Of a stretch of 64,000 nucleotides of DNA, positions 42,625 to 52,560 are shown piece after piece. The translations under genes and the position numbers were made by a program. The notes under the pieces were generated by a model, which saw only the letters and a list, made by a program, of their open reading frames with translations, did no database searches and had not been told where the DNA came from. The stretch spans positions 1 through 64,000 of the forward strand of contig JAYGDX010000336.1 in assembly GCA_046582655.1 (NCBI GenBank). Direction: 5' to 3'. Positions within the stretch are counted from its first letter, which is position 1. Every line of letters begins with the position of its first letter. Source of the stretch: Candidatus Poribacteria bacterium (lineage in GTDB: Bacteria > Poribacteria > WGA-4E > UBA9662).

Positions 42625-43096
42625 TCCTTACCAATTCTTCCTTCAATTTCCTCAGTACCTTGAGCACCTACTCATTTAGAGTATATTCTTGTGCAAAAAT
42701 CCAATAGACCAATCTTTCGTATTACATCAGTTAGATACTTTCCCAATTGTAAAATATATGTAGTTTATTAGCAAAATATTTATATTTTTGAAAAAGAGAA
42801 GTTAGATTAGTTTTGTGATTGTTATAGATAAATGCGTTTAAAGTCCAATCTACCACTGGTTATCCAATAATTAAATTGCTACGCAATGTCAAGCTACACA
42901 TTATTGTGTGTGGTGGGACTGTGGGCATCAAGGCATTCTCACCCACTTGCCCTAGCTACCGCATAACATCATCGTCTCTAGTATCCTCATCTACTAAATA
43001 ATCAACTAAATCTTGGGTGATAGTACACACTTCTCTATCCGCATTACTTAATTCTGTGATGAGCCAATCAGATAAAGCATTCTAACACGATTGATT

Positions 43097-43930
43097 CTAG
43101 TCGAAGAAGTCATCGCCTAACAGTTCTCTCACCTCTTGATCTTTTACCAGCTCATTTCGATAGTGCGGTTGTGAAATAACTAACTGTTGCTCAGATGTCA
43201 ATTCATTGTAAAAAACTGGTGGGGTATAGTTCCCCATCAGCGATTCAGCCACTACGCCTGAGTTATAGCGAATGATGACTGAGCGTCTTTGTTGGTCAGT
43301 GGTCCACGGTAGACTACCGTGCATCAAGCATTCCACAAAGAGCACCACATCTCCCGCTTTTGCCGGGATCTGCGCGATGCGATTTTGGTGTGTATGGTAG
43401 AGCCGAATCTCACCTGGGCAGGGAAAATTTGCCTTGTGACTGCCTGGCAGACAGGCAAATCCGCCATCCCCCTCCTCAACATTCGTTAGTTGAACTGCCA
43501 TGTTGGTCATGCCACAATACATTTTTCCGTTGCGGTAAAGGTAATTGCGCGATCGATCGTAGGGTTCAGCCCCTTCGTGGAACCAGAACCCTTCCGCTCC
43601 TTTGTCCATGGTAATAATGCCCAATCCTTCTAGCCGAAATCCTGGACCGAGCAGTTCTTCTAAGTATGGAATCAATTTGGGGTGGGCAATCATCTGACGA
43701 TAAACGTCACAGTGCGGTTTGTCCCACGTCAGCATTCCACCCAGATCACCACGACCCGTTTCGCCAACCAGTGTGGAAGAACCATGCGCCAGATCGTTCG
43801 GACGAATGTTAATCTGATCAACGTGATGATCGATGGCGGCATTGGCGGCGGTCACTTCGTCAGCGGACAAGGCACCTTCAATCACGAGGTAGCCGTGGAC
43901 GTCGAATAGATATTTTTCGGTTTCCGTCAT
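43097..43930 (-). CDS. PhyH-family Fe/2OG oxygenase with non-canonical H-x-G motif
   Basis: Start MTETEKYLFDVHGYLVI at 43930; FHEGA, DGGFACLPGSHKAN, AGDVVLFVECLMHGSLPW, RRS. Confidence 0.88.
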   Translation of the reverse strand: MTETEKYLFDVHGYLVIEGALSADEVTAANAAIDHHVDQINIRPNDLAHGSSTLVGETGRGDLGGMLTWDKPHCDVYRQMIAHPKLIPYLEELLGPGFRLEGLGIITMDKGAEGFWFHEGAEPYDRSRNYLYRNGKMYCGMTNMAVQLTNVEEGDGGFACLPGSHKANFPCPGEIRLYHTHQNRIAQIPAKAGDVVLFVECLMHGSLPWTTDQQRRSVIIRYNSGVVAESLMGNYTPPVFYNELTSEQQLVISQPHYRNELVKDQEVRELLGDDFFD

Positions 43931-44169
43931 GGATTGATATTCCTTTCTTTCGTGCTGAAAATTCGGATGGATCATTCTATCACGATGAATGTGTTGGAGT
44001 AAAGAGGTGAGGTGGCTGACAATAATTGGTTTTGACAAGTAGCACGGTTGGTTCTTACGAGGCAAGAATTGGCGTTTAAGTCAGATTCCCAGGCGGCGGG
44101 TTTTAATTTTAATAGTGACAGGATGTTTTACGATAGGGAACTGGCTTGTGCCAAATTGTAAAGCCCCTA

Positions 44170-44610
44170 ACCGTTTTGCCTTCGAAATCAAGCGTTACAA
44201 TACTCTTGCCCAAGCTACAGTCGATTAAGATACACCTTGGTGGAGACAAAACGCATCGTTCTCCTGATTTGACGCCAAGAACACATGGACACGGTCCTGA
44301 TATGGAGCAATCGACTCCAGGCTGGAAAGAGGATGTTCATATCCACCGGAAAGCATCAAGGATGCGCAGTTCTCCCCTCCTCGATGAGAATATTGTGGAG
44401 TGCTTCGAGTTTGATCTCCTCTCTCATACTGGCTCGGATGGATTCCGGAAATGACTTAGATGCCGCGTTCCTCAGGCAGGGGAGAATATATCCACGTGAT
44501 GTACTCGATGCCGTGGCTAACTACTTAGGCCAGAAAAAGTCTCGTTCCCATGCCAATTGCTTGACCCCATGATACAGGCATTCTGGCAGTTGAATCTGCG
44601 CCTTTACCAT
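44170..44610 (-). pseudogene. Degenerate VapBC toxin-antitoxin pair (RHH-type antitoxin plus PIN toxin)
   Basis: ATG 44610: MVKAQIQLPECLYHGVKQLAWERDF/LA*VVSHGIEY (RHH-like). TGATG overlap at about 44356, then MLS/VDMNILFPA/...VHVFLAS (VapC 'xDTNIL' start), later 'DFEG'. Multiple frameshifts and stops. Confidence 0.55.
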
Positions 44611-44876
44611 GATGGCAAAATCCGCCCATTGCATTCATTATATTTCAATGCCAGTTCTGCGATCCGTTTTCGGACAAATTCGGTCCATTGGGACGTACGA
44701 TTGCGTTCACAAGTCGATTGCCGCGGTGAGTTTTGAGGACGACTCTTTTGTGTTTATATATTGGAATGATCTCTTCACGACGAATCTTTTTGCTCAACCT
44801 ATGAGTGTTGTCATCTATACTGATCAGTGATAGTGTATAGACAGTTGAATTTCTAACCAAAGGAGGGAAATGACTT

Positions 44877-45905
44877 GTGTTGAGAGTAGGAATTGTCGGT
44901 TGTGGTGGCATCGCCGAGCGGCGGCACGGACCAGTGCTGGCAAGTTTGAATGATCGAGTTAAGATTGGAGCGCTGGCAGATCTGGCGCAGGAGCGCACTG
45001 AGTTGATGGGTGGTAAACTCGGGGTTGCATCTGAACACCTTTATAGTGATTGGGAGAAGATGTTTGCCCAAGAGGAATTGGACTTGGTCCATATCTGCAC
45101 GCCCCACCATTTGCATGAACCCCAAGCTATCGCCGCAATGGAAGCCGGTGCTCATGTGTTCCTAGAAAAACCTATAGCCACCAGTTTGGAGGAAGTAGAT
45201 CGAATGATTGCCGTGGCTGAACAAACTGGTTGTAAGCTGACAGTAGGCCATAATCAGCTCTTTTCATCTGTACACCGGGTGACAATGGAACAAATTCGAG
45301 CAGGCGTGATTGGCGAAGTGTTTCTAGTGCGTTCCGAGGGATTCAGCAGTTCCCATGTGGTGGGTCGCGGGATAAACCAGCAGTGGCGCACCCAGACTAA
45401 AACCGGCGGTGGAGGTCCTCTTATCGATAACGGTTATCACCAAGTCTACAATGCTATCGACTATATTGGTTCGCCAGCGGTACGTGTCTACGCACGGATT
45501 GGCCGCTATGTGCACGATATTCAAGTGGAAGACACGGCGTTGGTTTTGATTGAGCACGCCAGCGGAGCGACTACCTCGCTACAGGTAGGTTGGTCCGCCT
45601 TGGCAGGCGCAGTAGGTGTGAATGAGGTTCTGGGCACCGAGGGGCAGATTCGCTTTGGTGGGGGGGAAGCGCCAGTGTCAGTTTGGCGCAGGGAGACAGG
45701 AAAGTGGACACAGCCGATAGTGGAAGCGGAAGGGCCGGATGAATTGGGATTTCCAGTGGTGGTTCGGCACTTCGTAGATGCAATAGAAAACAATGGGGAG
45801 GTTCCAGTATCGGGAGCCGAAGGACGCCATATTTTGGCTATTGTACTAGCAGCCTATGAATCCGGTAAGAGTGGTCAATCTGTGGAGGTAGATGCCTATG
45901 AATGA
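44877..45905 (+). CDS. Gfo/Idh/MocA family oxidoreductase
   Basis: GIVGCGGIA, CTPHHLH, HVFLEKPIA, GGGPLIDNGYH, VEDTA. Confidence 0.93.
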   Translation: MLRVGIVGCGGIAERRHGPVLASLNDRVKIGALADLAQERTELMGGKLGVASEHLYSDWEKMFAQEELDLVHICTPHHLHEPQAIAAMEAGAHVFLEKPIATSLEEVDRMIAVAEQTGCKLTVGHNQLFSSVHRVTMEQIRAGVIGEVFLVRSEGFSSSHVVGRGINQQWRTQTKTGGGGPLIDNGYHQVYNAIDYIGSPAVRVYARIGRYVHDIQVEDTALVLIEHASGATTSLQVGWSALAGAVGVNEVLGTEGQIRFGGGEAPVSVWRRETGKWTQPIVEAEGPDELGFPVVVRHFVDAIENNGEVPVSGAEGRHILAIVLAAYESGKSGQSVEVDAYE

Positions 45906-46743
45906 AACTCCGTTTAAACTAAGCTATATCCTAGCTTCGTGCATGTACGGTACTATGCCCTTAGTCGAGATTGTATCCGAAGTGCCGAAGATCGGGAGCC
46001 AGCATATTGATATCTGGCCGCGGGTTCACGGTAACCAGAGGGAACAGGTGGAATCTATGGGCCATGAGGCTTTTGCGGAGTTACTTAAAACGCACGGAGT
46101 AAAGCTAGGGATATCAACGCGTTTCGATCTGGGTCCCTTTGTTTTAGAAAAAGAAATGGAATTCGTCCACGAGTTCGGGGGGGCTCTTATTGTGTGCGGT
46201 AGTAAGGGACCTAGCAATTTAGAAGGTGAAGAATTGCGTATGGCAGTGGCCGAGTTTGCCGAAGCGTTGAAGCCTCACATCGCTGTTGCAGAGAAACATG
46301 GCATTACCATCAGCATTGAGAACCATGGTAATGCGCTAATAGAAACACCAGACTCAATGAAGTGGTTAATCGAATATACCCGATCACCGCACCTAGGGAT
46401 TGCCCTAGCGCCCTACCATTTGCCAGACAACGCCCAATTGGTAGCACAATTGATTGGGGAACTGGCTGAAGGCTTGTCGCTCTTCTATGCTTGGCAGCAT
46501 GGCATGGGTTGCCAAGAGAAATTCCCTAGAGAACAAGAGCTAATGCAGATGCCGGGACGGGGATCCTTGGATTTTGCACCGATTCTTGCTGCCTTGAAAA
46601 GGATCAACTATTCCGGCTGGACTGAGATCTTCATGCACCCTGTTCCTCGGGGAATCCCAATTATGGATTCGACAGAGGGGGTAACCGACGAAATTAACCG
46701 TGCTCGATCTTATCTGGACAAGCTCATCCCAGTAGTCTATTGA
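45892..46743 (+). CDS. Sugar phosphate isomerase/epimerase (TIM barrel)
   Basis: SIENH, APYHL, QMPGRG..DF, WTEIFMHP; overlaps the upstream gene. Confidence 0.85.
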   Translation: MPMNETPFKLSYILASCMYGTMPLVEIVSEVPKIGSQHIDIWPRVHGNQREQVESMGHEAFAELLKTHGVKLGISTRFDLGPFVLEKEMEFVHEFGGALIVCGSKGPSNLEGEELRMAVAEFAEALKPHIAVAEKHGITISIENHGNALIETPDSMKWLIEYTRSPHLGIALAPYHLPDNAQLVAQLIGELAEGLSLFYAWQHGMGCQEKFPREQELMQMPGRGSLDFAPILAALKRINYSGWTEIFMHPVPRGIPIMDSTEGVTDEINRARSYLDKLIPVVY

Positions 46744-46880
46744 TTTTTTTATATAGCTCTTTTCCTCATGGCTTTTCTTAGTCTATTTCTTTTACTGGCA
46801 AAAATGTCAGCAAATTGCTATCATAAGCTATCCGTAGTGTAGATAGCTTAATTTAACCTTATAATGATTAGGAGTTAGCA

Positions 46881-47642
46881 ATGCAGAAATTCCGTTGCTC
46901 AATAGCTTGCAAGTTTTCACTTGTTCTTCTCTTCCTTTCCGCCAGTTTAATAAGCCATGCGCTAACTTATGACTTTGTTGGAAAAGATGCACAAAAATGG
47001 TTTGACGAGTTTATCAAGAGTGCAGATACGACCGAGTCTGGGGATGCTGGATGGCATTTAACTGCAAATGGATTAGAAACCAATGATAACGTTGGAACTG
47101 GCCATCAAAGAATCGGGATAAAAAAAGACTGGACGGATTACACTCTCGAGTCTAAATATCAGTATGTGAAACAAGGTGCACACAAAGAAGCCCACCTATA
47201 CATTCGCTGGAAAGGTGAAAAGGATAACTACTTCTTCCGAACCATTGGCAGAAAAAATGGCGGTGGAGCGGGAAGTGGTTACAGCATTGAATGGCTTCGT
47301 AAAGTTGGTGGGAAAGACAATGAAGGTGATCTTACTAAGGATGGAGATGACATAAAAATCCTTGGTAAGTTACAAGACAAGACTCTCTATGGTCTTCGAG
47401 GTGAAATTAAGGGAGAATCACTAAAAGTTGATTTCTTTAAAGACAATAAATGGATTCCAATCAATGAGGTGAAATATCCCGGCACTCATAAAACAGGTGG
47501 AATTGGTGTTGGCCGTGCCACCGCTCAGGTTGCCTGGCAATACCTCAAGGTTAACGGACCAGGAATCCCTAAAGATGCCACTACTCCTGTTGAAGCTCTC
47601 AACAGGTTAGCGACAACATGGGGTAAGCTCAAAAGGCCTTAA
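46881..47642 (+). CDS. Secreted beta-jelly-roll (DUF1080/family 16-like) protein with C-terminal LATTWGKLK motif, copy 1
   Basis: Signal peptide ending SHA; 'WTDYTLE...RW...NYFFR...G.IG.G' pattern; ends PVEALNRLATTWGKLKRP. Confidence 0.7.
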   Translation: MQKFRCSIACKFSLVLLFLSASLISHALTYDFVGKDAQKWFDEFIKSADTTESGDAGWHLTANGLETNDNVGTGHQRIGIKKDWTDYTLESKYQYVKQGAHKEAHLYIRWKGEKDNYFFRTIGRKNGGGAGSGYSIEWLRKVGGKDNEGDLTKDGDDIKILGKLQDKTLYGLRGEIKGESLKVDFFKDNKWIPINEVKYPGTHKTGGIGVGRATAQVAWQYLKVNGPGIPKDATTPVEALNRLATTWGKLKRP

Positions 47643-47665
47643 CACTCGAAGAATATCGTGATATT

Positions 47666-47697
47666 AGTGAATAGGAGCTAGGTAGCTCCTATTCGCT
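47666..47697. terminator. Strong hairpin between the tandem paralogs
   Basis: AGTGAATAGGAGCT-aggt-AGCTCCTATTCGCT, about a 14 bp stem; no clear U-tract. Confidence 0.5.
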
Positions 47698-47759
47698 GGT
47701 CACTTGAAATGTGATTTGCGGCTTATGAAAAAATCCTAAGAATTAGAAGGAGAGATAAC

Positions 47760-48518
47760 TTGTTGAAGAGACTCTATCGATTCCCTTTTTTAAATCTATT
47801 TCTAGTTGTACTATTCATTTTATGTCACCAATCCAGTTATGCATTAACCTTTGATTTTGTCGGCCCAGATGCTAAAAAGTGGTTTAACGAGTTTGTTAAG
47901 CACGACAATGTTGAGCTTGGTGCGGGTGATGCAGGTTGGGAACTGACCAAGGATGGTTTTACAACTGATGACAATGTTGGTACAGGTCATCAACGAATCG
48001 GCATTTATGAAGCAAAGTGGACGGATTACACCATCGAATCAAAGTATCAGTACTTGAAGTTTGGTGCTCATAAAGAAGCCCACTTATACATTCGTTGGGT
48101 TGATCAAGCAAATAACTACTTCTTCCGAACTATTGGAAGAAAAAACGGTGCTGGAGCGGGAAGTGGTTACAGTATTGAATGGCTTCGTAAAGTTGGCGGG
48201 GGAGACAACGAAGGGGATATCACAGATGACAAGAAAGTCGTTGGCGAGCTCAAGGAAAAGGAGCTTTATGGCCTTCGAGGTGAAATTAAAGGTGAATTAC
48301 TAAAAGTTGATTTCTTCAAAGACAATAAGTGGAGGGAAGCAGGTCAGATAGAATACCCTGGTACTCATAAAAAAGGTGGAGTTGGTTTTGGTCGTGCCAC
48401 CGCTAAAGTTGCTTGGCAATATCTGCGTATCAACGGTAAAGGTATTCCGAAGGATAACCTGCCAGTGGAAGCTTTGAATAGGCTGGCAACCACTTGGGGT
48501 AAACTTAAAAGGCCATAA
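47760..48518 (+). CDS. Secreted beta-jelly-roll protein with C-terminal LATTWGKLK motif, copy 2 (tandem paralog)
   Basis: Long identical peptide blocks with copy 1 (NYFFRTIGRKNG, GSGYSIEWLRKVGG, PVEALNRLATTWGKLKRP); TTG start after AAGGAG. Confidence 0.7.
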   Translation: MLKRLYRFPFLNLFLVVLFILCHQSSYALTFDFVGPDAKKWFNEFVKHDNVELGAGDAGWELTKDGFTTDDNVGTGHQRIGIYEAKWTDYTIESKYQYLKFGAHKEAHLYIRWVDQANNYFFRTIGRKNGAGAGSGYSIEWLRKVGGGDNEGDITDDKKVVGELKEKELYGLRGEIKGELLKVDFFKDNKWREAGQIEYPGTHKKGGVGFGRATAKVAWQYLRINGKGIPKDNLPVEALNRLATTWGKLKRP

Positions 48519-48550
48519 AGTTCGACAATTATCAACAAATTTATCAAGCA

Positions 48551-48598
48551 TAAACAAAAATTGCCGAGGTTCTTGCGAATCTCGGCAATTTTTGTTTA
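48551..48598. terminator. Bidirectional rho-independent terminator
   Basis: TAAACAAAAATTGCCGAGGTTC-ttgc-GAATCTCGGCAATTTTTGTTTA inverted repeat with A- and T-tracts. Confidence 0.75.
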
Positions 48599-48608
48599 GA
48601 TTAATATT

Positions 48609-50237
48609 ATGACCAGATTCTGTTACATTTCTCTGATCCTTTGTCTCCCATTTTTAAGTCAATCAGCGACATTTGTCGACGTTTCCGAGGTTTCAGGACT
48701 CACAGCTGTAACTTATGCGGGAAGCAAAGCAAAAAATCATCTACTCGAATCCACTGGTAATGGGGCAGCTTTTTTTGATTATGACCGTGATGGTTATGCA
48801 GATATTTATCTGGTTAATGGCTGGGAAATTACCGAAGGCTTGCCATCGAATAAAGGCACAAATATACTTTACCGCAATCTAGGAGACGGAACTTTCGAAG
48901 ATCAAACAATTAATGCCGGGGTCGGTGATGATAGTTGGGGATGCGGTGTGTGTGTCGCCGACTTCAATGGCGATGGGTGGCTTGATCTCTATGTCACCAA
49001 CTTTGGACCGAACTGTCTCTACAAAAACAATGGAGATGGGACGTTTAGCAATATTGCTGAACGTGTTGGTGTTGCAAATGGTGGATGGAGTGTTGGGGCA
49101 ACGTTCTTCGATGCTGACAAAGATAACGATCTAGATCTGTATGTAGTGAATTACGTTGACTGTTCTATATCAGATGTCTTAGCGGCCAAGAGGACTTTGG
49201 ACTGGCAGAGCGTAGAAAAAGTAATGGTTGGCCCAAAAGGTTTGAAGGGTGGAATAGACGCATTCTATCAGAATGATGGAAGTGGCAACTTTACGGAGAA
49301 GACATCTGAAGTCGGCCTGATCGACATTGATGAATTTTATGGATTAGGCGTTTGCGCAACAGACTACGATTTGGATGGCGATACCGATTTATTCGTCGCT
49401 AATGATGCTAGTGCAAATTACCTGTACCAAAACGACGGTAGCGGGGTTTTTATTGAAATTGGCAGTTTAGCCGGAGCAAGTTATGGCGATTCCGGAGAAG
49501 CCCAGGCTTGCATGGGGGTTGATTTTGCCGATTATGATAGTGATGGTGATTTCGATGGTTGGGTCACTAATTTTACGGGTGAGTGTAGTAGTTTATATCG
49601 AAACATGGATGGCTTTTTTTTTGAAAATGCGACAAAATCTGTTGGCCTATGGCAATCGACTTATTTACCAATGAGTTGGGGAACAGGGTTTTTCGATTTT
49701 GATAACGATGCGGACTTAGATCTATTCATTGCGAATGGACATATTTATCCGCAAGTAAACAGACACCCTGAATATGGCCAAACCTATGCACAAACTAACC
49801 AGATATTCAGCAATGACAACGGTACTTTTATTGATATATCTAAAGTTGCGGGAGAGGGATTGCAAGTAAGTTTATCCAGTCGTGGTACTGCGTTCGCCGA
49901 CTATGACAATGATGGTGACATTGATATTCTGGTGGTAAATATGGATGCTCCACCGACACTCCTTCGAAACGAGACTCGCCCTTCTCAAAATTGGTTGATA
50001 GTTCAAGTTGAAAACCGTTCGGTCATCGGGGTGAAAGTTATAGTTCAAACTAAGAATTTAAAACAGATTCGTGAAGGTCGCTCAGGTAGTAGCTATGCTT
50101 CTCAGAACAATCTTCGTTTTCATTTTGGGCTTGGCAAAAACATAGAAGTGGAGTTGGTAAAGATAACGTGGCTTAGTGGCCGAAGCTCAGAATTCACTGA
50201 TGTTGCTGCTAACCAGATCTTAAAAATTGATAATTGA
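48609..50237 (+). CDS. CRTAC1 family protein (FG-GAP/VCBS repeats plus ASPIC/UnbV domain)
   Basis: Repeated DxDxDGxxD motifs (DYDRDGYADIY, DFNGDGWLDLY, DYDNDGDIDIL), 'LYxNxG.G.F', C-terminal SGSSYASQN...HFGLG. Confidence 0.9.
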   Translation: MTRFCYISLILCLPFLSQSATFVDVSEVSGLTAVTYAGSKAKNHLLESTGNGAAFFDYDRDGYADIYLVNGWEITEGLPSNKGTNILYRNLGDGTFEDQTINAGVGDDSWGCGVCVADFNGDGWLDLYVTNFGPNCLYKNNGDGTFSNIAERVGVANGGWSVGATFFDADKDNDLDLYVVNYVDCSISDVLAAKRTLDWQSVEKVMVGPKGLKGGIDAFYQNDGSGNFTEKTSEVGLIDIDEFYGLGVCATDYDLDGDTDLFVANDASANYLYQNDGSGVFIEIGSLAGASYGDSGEAQACMGVDFADYDSDGDFDGWVTNFTGECSSLYRNMDGFFFENATKSVGLWQSTYLPMSWGTGFFDFDNDADLDLFIANGHIYPQVNRHPEYGQTYAQTNQIFSNDNGTFIDISKVAGEGLQVSLSSRGTAFADYDNDGDIDILVVNMDAPPTLLRNETRPSQNWLIVQVENRSVIGVKVIVQTKNLKQIREGRSGSSYASQNNLRFHFGLGKNIEVELVKITWLSGRSSEFTDVAANQILKIDN

Positions 50238-51805
50238 TATCAAAACCCTTTAACTCCAATGCGTTAAAAAATCCCTGTTTCTCTATGGTTCACAGATTAA
50301 CTACAGCGGTCTGGATTCTCTTTCTTTTGCTACTGATGGTCTATAATCCTAGTCAGGCGAATCCGGTTGATCAAGCGAAAAAATTAAGTGCCGAGGGGCT
50401 AGAACTTGCCAGAAAAAACAGGATAGATGAGGCTATTGATAAATTTAATCACTCGTTAGAGATGAATCCAAGGGACGGGGAAACTTATGTTCATTTAGCA
50501 AATGCGTATCTTCAAATTTCAAATCTAGATGCTGCAGAAGTTGCGTGCCAACAAGCCAAGCTTTTTCTGCCCGAGATGGCCGAGGTCTATGCAACCATGT
50601 CACAAATCTTCCATAGACGTGGGGAGTTGGAAGCGGCAAAAAGAGAATATGAGCAAGCTATACGATTGGATTCTAATGTTGCAGAATACCACTATGATTT
50701 AGCAAATGTCTATCATAGCCTCGGTCAATTTAAAGCGGCAAAAAAAGAATATCTTGCAACTTTAGATCTTTCCCCTAAATCGCCTTTGGTTTATCATAAT
50801 CTGGGTGAGATCTATCATCTGGAAGGGAAATTGGATCAAGCCATAGAAGCATATCAAAAATCGCTATCATATTCCAATGATGACCAAAATACTAAAAAGC
50901 GCCTCAATGAGGTGATTCAAAAAAAACAAGAGCAAATTGGTAAAGAAATCTTACGGAACCAATTAGCAATCGTACATGATCCTGATAACGCACAAAAATA
51001 TAGGAAACTTGCCTTATCCTACTATCGAACCAGACAGCTAGAAGAAGCAATAAAATCGCTTCAAGTGGCATTGTATCTAGAGCCCAATTCCGAGCAAATA
51101 CGTTATGATCTTGAAAACGTGCTCCAGCAGAAAAAGAATGCACTTGAGGAGGTTCTCTCAGATCGACTGGAACGTATTGAGCTTGAACCGCGAAACCCCG
51201 AGTACCACCACGACCTTGGACTAATCTATTTTAATCAAGATAATTTGACTGAAGCAGAGAAGCATTTTCGACTTGCGCTTGAATCAAATTCAAACCTTAG
51301 TATTGTATGGCTAAGTTTAGGTAAGCTACTAAAAAAGACCAAGGAACGTACTGCGGCAAGACAAGCCTTGCAACGATGCATTCGCTTAGACCCGAGTTCC
51401 CCAGATACGTACCAACATTTGGGCCTTCTTGAGAAAACTGATGATAATTTTGATCTCGCAATTCATCATTTGCTCAAAGCTAAATCTATTTTAAGATCGA
51501 ATCAACAAATTTACAATTTACATTCATCAGCAAAATTTCGGAACCAGCTGGCTGTAGTGCACTTTCATTTGGGAGAAACCTATCACCATCAAAAAAAATT
51601 AAAAGATGCGATGACTGCTTACCATACTGCTATTCGCTTAAAGCCTGACTATGTCCTAGCCTACCTTCGGTTAGCGGATATATATCGGAATATTGGCAAT
51701 GATGGTTCATCTTTAAGTTTTTATAACCGATTTCTGAAATTAGCTAGCCCAAGGCAACAGCTAGATACAGAAGTAAGAAGGGTTAGCGAAATACTGAAAC
51801 AGTAG
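50234..51805 (+). CDS. Tetratricopeptide repeat protein (probably exported)
   Basis: Hydrophobic N-terminal segment, then many TPR units (e.g. YHNLGEIY...A..AYQKSL); coupled to the CRTAC1 gene. Confidence 0.9.
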   Translation: MISKPFNSNALKNPCFSMVHRLTTAVWILFLLLLMVYNPSQANPVDQAKKLSAEGLELARKNRIDEAIDKFNHSLEMNPRDGETYVHLANAYLQISNLDAAEVACQQAKLFLPEMAEVYATMSQIFHRRGELEAAKREYEQAIRLDSNVAEYHYDLANVYHSLGQFKAAKKEYLATLDLSPKSPLVYHNLGEIYHLEGKLDQAIEAYQKSLSYSNDDQNTKKRLNEVIQKKQEQIGKEILRNQLAIVHDPDNAQKYRKLALSYYRTRQLEEAIKSLQVALYLEPNSEQIRYDLENVLQQKKNALEEVLSDRLERIELEPRNPEYHHDLGLIYFNQDNLTEAEKHFRLALESNSNLSIVWLSLGKLLKKTKERTAARQALQRCIRLDPSSPDTYQHLGLLEKTDDNFDLAIHHLLKAKSILRSNQQIYNLHSSAKFRNQLAVVHFHLGETYHHQKKLKDAMTAYHTAIRLKPDYVLAYLRLADIYRNIGNDGSSLSFYNRFLKLASPRQQLDTEVRRVSEILKQ

Positions 51806-52560
51806 GTGAATATCTGATTCTGATTAACTTATCTTTCAGTCAGTAATCGGAAAATTACCAATGTATCCTCTTGGTCAGAAGACATGGTGGACAGCGTCAC
51901 ACGGTGTTTGATTGCTGCATTGCCGAAGACCGACCGAGGCTGCGGTACCGGACTGTATGGGATTGGCACCACAAATAAGGTATTATAAATAGTTTCGCCT
52001 TTATACGTTAATAATTTCCTGAGGATCCTTAGGAAATTATTTTGAATTGGGCTCGCCGTATGCACAACCGGGAATCTTCTCCGGTGGCAGACCATTTCCC
52101 TTTCCCCCGGCAAAGGCGGTCAGGCAAAGCAACGTGACGGTGGCTAGCGTCAACAATCGTATAATCGTGCGTGGCATCATGTCTCCTTCCATTACGGGGT
52201 TCCCTCTCTTGGTGTAACCCCACCTCTATTCGATATAAAGGTAACCTGAGCTCAACTGATTTGACTGTTTGACTATAAGAATAGGGGGTAACTAACATCA
52301 TTACTTGGTAAAAACCTTGTGTTTGATAGTCATTTTTATATTTAACCTTTTTCTAGGGAAGACGTTGAGACAGTTTTGAAATCAGTTTTAGTCTTGCTCC
52401 TTTGCTTATTTTAAGAAGAACTTGAACAGGCTTTCAGGCGTTTGGTTGCATGACTCTTATTATTGGATTGGTCTATTATACTTGAAAGCAACTTGTTGGT
52501 TTAGGATTACTTTACCAACCCAATTGAATAACCCACTCTACTAAATTGGAGGGAAAATTA

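Noticed and set aside
42905..43090. Integron attC site (GCATAAC/GTTATGC core)
   Set aside because: No properly paired inverse-core and core sites flanking the hairpin, no array of similar sites and no integrase in the window.
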